From the human T2T-CHM13v2.0 reference genome, Homo sapiens, in assembly GCF_009914755.1 (NCBI RefSeq), contig NC_060941.1: a stretch of 64,000 nucleotides of DNA; one strand, given 5' to 3'. The position numbers and the translations under genes were made by a program. Below, piece after piece: positions 58,791 through 64,000 of this stretch. Below the pieces are notes generated by a model, which worked only from the letters and a program-made list of their open reading frames with translations, was not told the origin of the DNA and ran no database searches. Within the stretch, counting starts at the first letter, position 1. Each line of letters begins with the position of its first letter.

Positions 58791-59034
58791 GTTCAAATGG
58801 ATCCGCATCCTCAAATAATACATTTTAAGGACAAGAAAAGGAGGAAGAGGAAACCTGTAAATTAAAAGATACTTAGTAGACATATACATATGTATTTTGA
58901 TAATGGAAGAAAAACTGTAGGGTTTGAAGATGCACATCTGGATGAAAAATTGTAAAATAAATACAAGGAATAAAAAATTGAGGTAGTGATTACCACTTGA
59001 GAGAAGGGAGTGGATTGAGAACCAGAGAGTAAAG

Positions 59035-60500
59035 TATGTTTTCTAGTAAGTTTCTCAAGAAAAGATCATGGGAATAAATTTCCCTGAGTCCTTGCATGTT
59101 ACTAGCAGTTTATTCCTTCCCACTTGAAAGTCAGTTGAGCTGGATATAAAATCTGTGGTTCATATTTTCTCTCCTTACTATCTCTTAATACTCGTAACAA
59201 CTGAAACATGCTATTTCATTTTCTTCTGGCATACAATGTTTTGATATAATTTTGTTTCCCTTACAAGTCACTTTTTTGCTTAGTTACCTTGGAGGTTTTA
59301 TATATCATTCTTTTTCTTCAAAGTTACATTATTTTGCTATATTATATTTTGACGTTGGTCATTCTGGGTTACATAGTATCCAGTTTGATATGTAGTCTCA
59401 AGTCTTTTTTAATGTAATAAATATTTTTGAAATATAATTTAATATTCTGTTCTCTTTGATTTTCAGAGACTCTTATCATCTATAAGTTGAATCTTTTCTG
59501 CTTATACTTTGTATTTTTGGAAGCTTTTTATCTTTTAATTTTTTGTTGATTTTTCAATTTTTCATCCTTTGCACCTTCTATGTTTTCTATGGCAACATCA
59601 TTTTGTTTATCCCTTTTAGGTTTCTTGCAATTTAGCCTTTGTATTAGTTCTCTACTGCTGCATAACAAGTTGTCACAAAATTTAATGACTTAAACTAACA
59701 ATAAAAATTATTTCTCACGATTTTTTTCTGAGTCAAGAATTCTGGCATGGCTTGGCTGAGCAGTTTGACTCAGAGACTCTTATGGGGTTGCAGTTATTTG
59801 AAGAACTGATTGAAGGATGAAAGATTTACTTTCAAGGTAGCTAATGCATATGGCTGGCAAGCTGATGAAGACGATTAGCAGGAGGTCTCAGCTCCTCTCT
59901 GTGTTGGCCTTTCCACAGTACTAACAAACAGAATGAGCTCAACAGGTAGAAGATAGCTTCTCCCAAAACAAGAGATCAAAGAGGCTAAATGGAAAATGCA
60001 ACACCTTTTATGGCCTAGCCTCATAAGTCACATGTCGTCTCTTCCACAGTACCCTATTGATCAGTTCTGTGTCAATGTAAAGGAGTACTAAAGAAAAATA
60101 CAAATATTAGAAGACAAAAGTCATTGAAGTCCATCTTGGAGGGTGCCTATCACAAATTAATATCTGGAATAATTTTTAAAATAATATGTATGTACATATG
60201 TTGTGAGTTCTGTCATCTGCTTTATGAGTTTTCTTCTAACTCTGAATTATGTTGTTTATACCTATCTATTTCTTAATGTCTGTTAACATTTGTCAATATA
60301 AAAAGTTATTGTTTTGATCTGTCCTTTGAGCAAGTATTTCTGGTGTGTTTTGTTATGTATAAAAATGTTTTTTTTGTTCAGTAGTCTATTTTCTTTTATG
60401 ACAATTGTTATAACATTTGACATTAATATTTTTCTATTACTTATTTTTATATTGTGAGTTCCTATTACTTATTTTATATAGTGAGTATTTATTGCCTGTT
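59035..60500 (-). mobile_element. Ancient L1M fragment interrupted by MLT1
   Basis: acttgaaagtcagttgagctggatataaaatctgtggttcatattttc is an L1M antisense motif. Confidence 0.6.
59640..60154 (-). mobile_element. MLT1F/H-like solo LTR
   Basis: tgtattagttctctactgctgcataacaa...ccatcttggagggtgcctatcaca. Confidence 0.8.
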
Positions 60501-61643
60501 TTGAGATTCCACTCTTCTCTGGTGCATTAGATGTCCTATTGCAGCCCCGTGCTCTCTTAAAAACAGAGATGGTTACTATGCACATAAAATGGCTGTTGGT
60601 TGTCTTTACCACTTGTGCTTTGGAGCTCAGGAGGTTGACTTGTCACTTAAATTTTTTTTTTAATAAGTTGTCAGTAGGTTTTTAGTATTTCTATTTAGTT
60701 GTCCTCTTTGTTTTTATATTGATAGTTAAAGGTATCCAAAGCTATGCTGCCACCACCTACCATTTCTAAAATCTCTTTAGTGATTTCAATCTTAATGTGA
60801 ATGCTGCTGCCATTAATAATTTCTCAAATGTGCCTGAATATTTATTTTACTTTTTTAGGGTTGATAATCCTATGTTTGTGCATCTGATTACCTGGCCTGT
60901 GGACTATGCTTCTATCAATGGGCAGTGAGATGAAATATATGAAATATATGGCCCTAAGTGTTCATCTATACTCAGGCACACATGTGTACACACATGCATG
61001 CATTTTCTTATATTCAAAAATAGACTATTCTGATTCTTATTAATTAGTGTAAAAAAATCAAGTCCAAGATTTTTGGACTTGCACTTTTCTGGGCCTTTGT
61101 AATCTTGAATCAATATTGTAAAATCTACAGACTAAAATTTAAAGTTAAGACTACCAATGCATACAATGCACAACAGAAGGTGAAAGGGAAAAGAAAGGAA
61201 AGCGAAACTGGTTTTAAAAATACAACTACATATTTTGACATGCAACTGAATATGCATTTTAGCTAAATGCTGGATGGCTTAATGTTAAAATTAATAGTCA
61301 GCTGAACCTTGATATTTCCATCTTAAAATTAACTTTTAGAATACAGAAACAAATCTTAAATATTACTGCAAATATAAATATTATTAAACTTTTCATATTG
61401 AAATTTTAGTGGTGAAATTTTGTAAGTTTGAAATTATGGTGCAAAAACAATAATTGCTCTGCTGTCAACTACTAGATTACTTCTAAAATCATTGTACTGC
61501 CTATTTGTGATTCTAAATAGATGTTGGCTTTCATGCTTTTCTTTAAGGTTACATCACTTTCTTCAATAGTTTTATTTCATACTATTTTTATTCTTTAATA
61601 TATTTGAATCAAAAATATAAGATTAGGTATTTATATAAGATAT

Positions 61644-62587
61644 AGTTGACTTCCTCTTTTCTTATTTGAATGCCCTTTATTTATTTCTCCTGCCTGATTG
61701 CCCTTGATAGAACCGCCAATACTATGTTGAACAGGAGTGGTGAGAGAGGGCATCCTTGTCTCACAGTGGTATTCAAGAGGAATGCTTCCAGTTTGATATT
61801 GGCTGTGGGTTTGTCATAGATGGCTCTTATTATTTTGAGGTATCTTCCTTCAATACCCAGTTTATTGAGAGTTTTTAACATGGAGATATGTTGAATTTTA
61901 TCGAAGGCCTTTTCTGCATCTATTGAGATAATCATGTGATTTTTGTCTTTAGTTCTATTTAGGTGATGAATCACACTTATTCATTTGCATATGTTGAACT
62001 AGCCTTGCACCCTGGGGATGAAGCCTACTTGATCACTGTGAATAAGCTTTTTCATGGGCTGCTGGATTTGGTTTGCCAGTATTTTGTCAAGGATTTTTGC
62101 ATCAGTGTTGATCAAGGATATTGGCCTGAAGTTTTCTTTCTTTCTTTCTTTCTTTCTTTCTTTTGTATCAGGATGATGCTAGCCTCATAGAATGAGTTGG
62201 GTTGTCCTTCCTCCTTAGTTTTTTGGAATAGTTTTTATAGGCATGGTAGCAACTCTTCTACCAAATCCCAAACTATAAAAACCCTAGAAGAAAACCTAGG
62301 CAATACCATTCAGAACATAGGCATGGGCAAAGATTTCATGATGAAGATGCCAAAAGCAATTGCAACAAAAGCAAAAACTGACATACGGGGTCTAATTAAA
62401 CTAAAGAGCTTCTGCACAGCAAAAGAAATTATCAACAGAGTAAACAGACAACCCATAGAATGGGAGAAAATTTTTGCAAACTATGCACCTGACAAAGGTC
62501 CAATATCCAGCATCTGTAAGGAACTTAAACAAATTTACAAGACAAAAACAAACAACCCTATTAAAAAGTGAGCAAAGGACATAAACA
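61644..62587. mobile_element. Rearranged L1PA-type element: antisense ORF2 RT piece (61644-~62260) fused to a sense ORF2 piece (~62261-62587), with no 3'UTR or poly(A)
   Basis: Minus ORF 61681-61974 has [17 protein letters not shown] and [15 protein letters not shown]. Plus ORF 62197-62571 has [14 protein letters not shown]...NNPIKK. Confidence 0.9.
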
Positions 62588-63719
62588 TTGACATTTTGCT
62601 TTTATTTTATACTCACCAGATGTTACGAATCCCTAATAAGGCTTTTCTTAAAATACTCATGTCTTTAACTTAATTAAGTCATTAAATATATATACATGTA
62701 TAATTTAATTTTATGAAGGCTAATATATAGAAATTATTTACTGACTGAGATTAAGATATACACAAATTTTCATTACTTTTTCTTATTAATTATACCTTAT
62801 GAACATCTTCTAGTTCAAAATAATAAAGTTTTTCTAATATTATGTAATAAATTATGTCTTTGTATTAACTGTCAAATTATGTCTCCATTTTTGAGCTATA
62901 TGAGAGTTTTTTGTAATTATTTTTATTCATAAAATTAAACCCATATATCAACCTAATTAATTATGACAATATTTTGCTACTATGATAATACATATATTTT
63001 TCCTTGACCTAACTGATGGACTTTCAACATGTAAAATGTACAAGAACAGTATGTCAAGGTAACATCATGAATATTTATCTATATGTGATAATGAATATTT
63101 AAATATTAAAATATATATGAATATTGATTGACCAATTTAAACAAATCTTCCTTTCATCTAAAAAATTAGCAATAAATTAGACAAAATATATTTTTAAAAT
63201 ATAGCTTGAAGACATGAGATAATTAGAAAAGTGGTGACAAATTAATATCGAAGAGAGAAACTTAAAGATGTAATTCCTGAATTTTATGGCTACTTTTTCC
63301 CTAGGGTTAACTTTTGGCTCTAGAAGAAATGAGAAGAACGTAAGAAGCTGAACAGTACTTTTGATGGTTTCTCAAGATGTACAAACAAAAATTGGAGCCC
63401 TGGATCCACCAAGCTTGGGTTGGAGGCCTAGTGAACCTCCTACATCTTAGATTTGTATTATAAATGGTTAAATTTTAGAGCAAGGGTGAATCACAAGTGT
63501 GAAGTAAGCCCTCACAGCAACTGAAGGCAAGTTTTGACTTGTCTTAAACACTGAAATTGGATTATGTTGATCCTTGATTGATTATATCCTTAGTCATTTT
63601 TCATAAGCAAATTAAATCTGATCTGGAGGAAATTACTATCATTCTAGGTCTCAAATTATTTTAATAGTCTTTCAAATAAATTTTCTGGTATTCACAATCA
63701 AAAGAACAGACACATGAAG

Positions 63720-64000
63720 AGTTCTGTGAGTAGAATTGTGTTTCCCAAAAGACATGTTGAAGTTCTTGCTCCTGGTAACTGTGAACGTGATCTTATTTGG
63801 AAACAAAGCCTTTGCAGATGTAATGAAGTTAAGATTAGATCATTGCTAGTTTGAGTAGACTGTAATCCAATAAGAATGGTGTCTTCATAAAAAGATAAAA
63901 GACACAGACTTAAACAGGGGAATGCCACATGACAACAGAGGTAGAGATTGAAATTATGTATCTGTAGTTCAACGAATGCCAAGGAAACAGGAACATAAAA
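63720..64000 (+). mobile_element. MLT1B-like LTR running off the window end
   Basis: gaattgtgtttcccaaaagacatgttgaagt...cttatttggaaacaaagcctttgcagatgtaat. Confidence 0.85.

Overview
Primate, most likely human, genomic DNA that is AT-rich, CpG-depleted and dominated by repeats. I find no intact protein-coding gene, RNA gene, CpG island or prokaryotic-type system. Nearly all ORFs in the track are L1/LTR/Alu fragments or chance ORFs. The only gene-derived sequence I recognise is an old processed BUD31 (G10) pseudogene at ~400-1040, which the ORF track misses. The most informative structures are: (i) a stack of three L1s of different ages (3075-8470); (ii) a full-length THE1A MaLR (12269-14559); (iii) a 283-bp L1 insertion combining a 5' inversion with a 3' transduction between perfect 14-bp TSDs (16098-16380); (iv) an ancient two-LTR ERVL provirus with LTR41-like LTRs on the minus strand (17134-23679), with PBS, gag, RT and dUTPase remnants, a near-intact TSD and four later insertions; (v) two tail-less L1 pieces (10567-10708, 61644-62587). 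A few repeat-free blocks are candidate conserved non-coding elements. I did not find a new biological system. Repeat subfamily names come from remembered consensus sequences and need Dfam/RepeatMasker confirmation; boundaries of ancient repeats are approximate.
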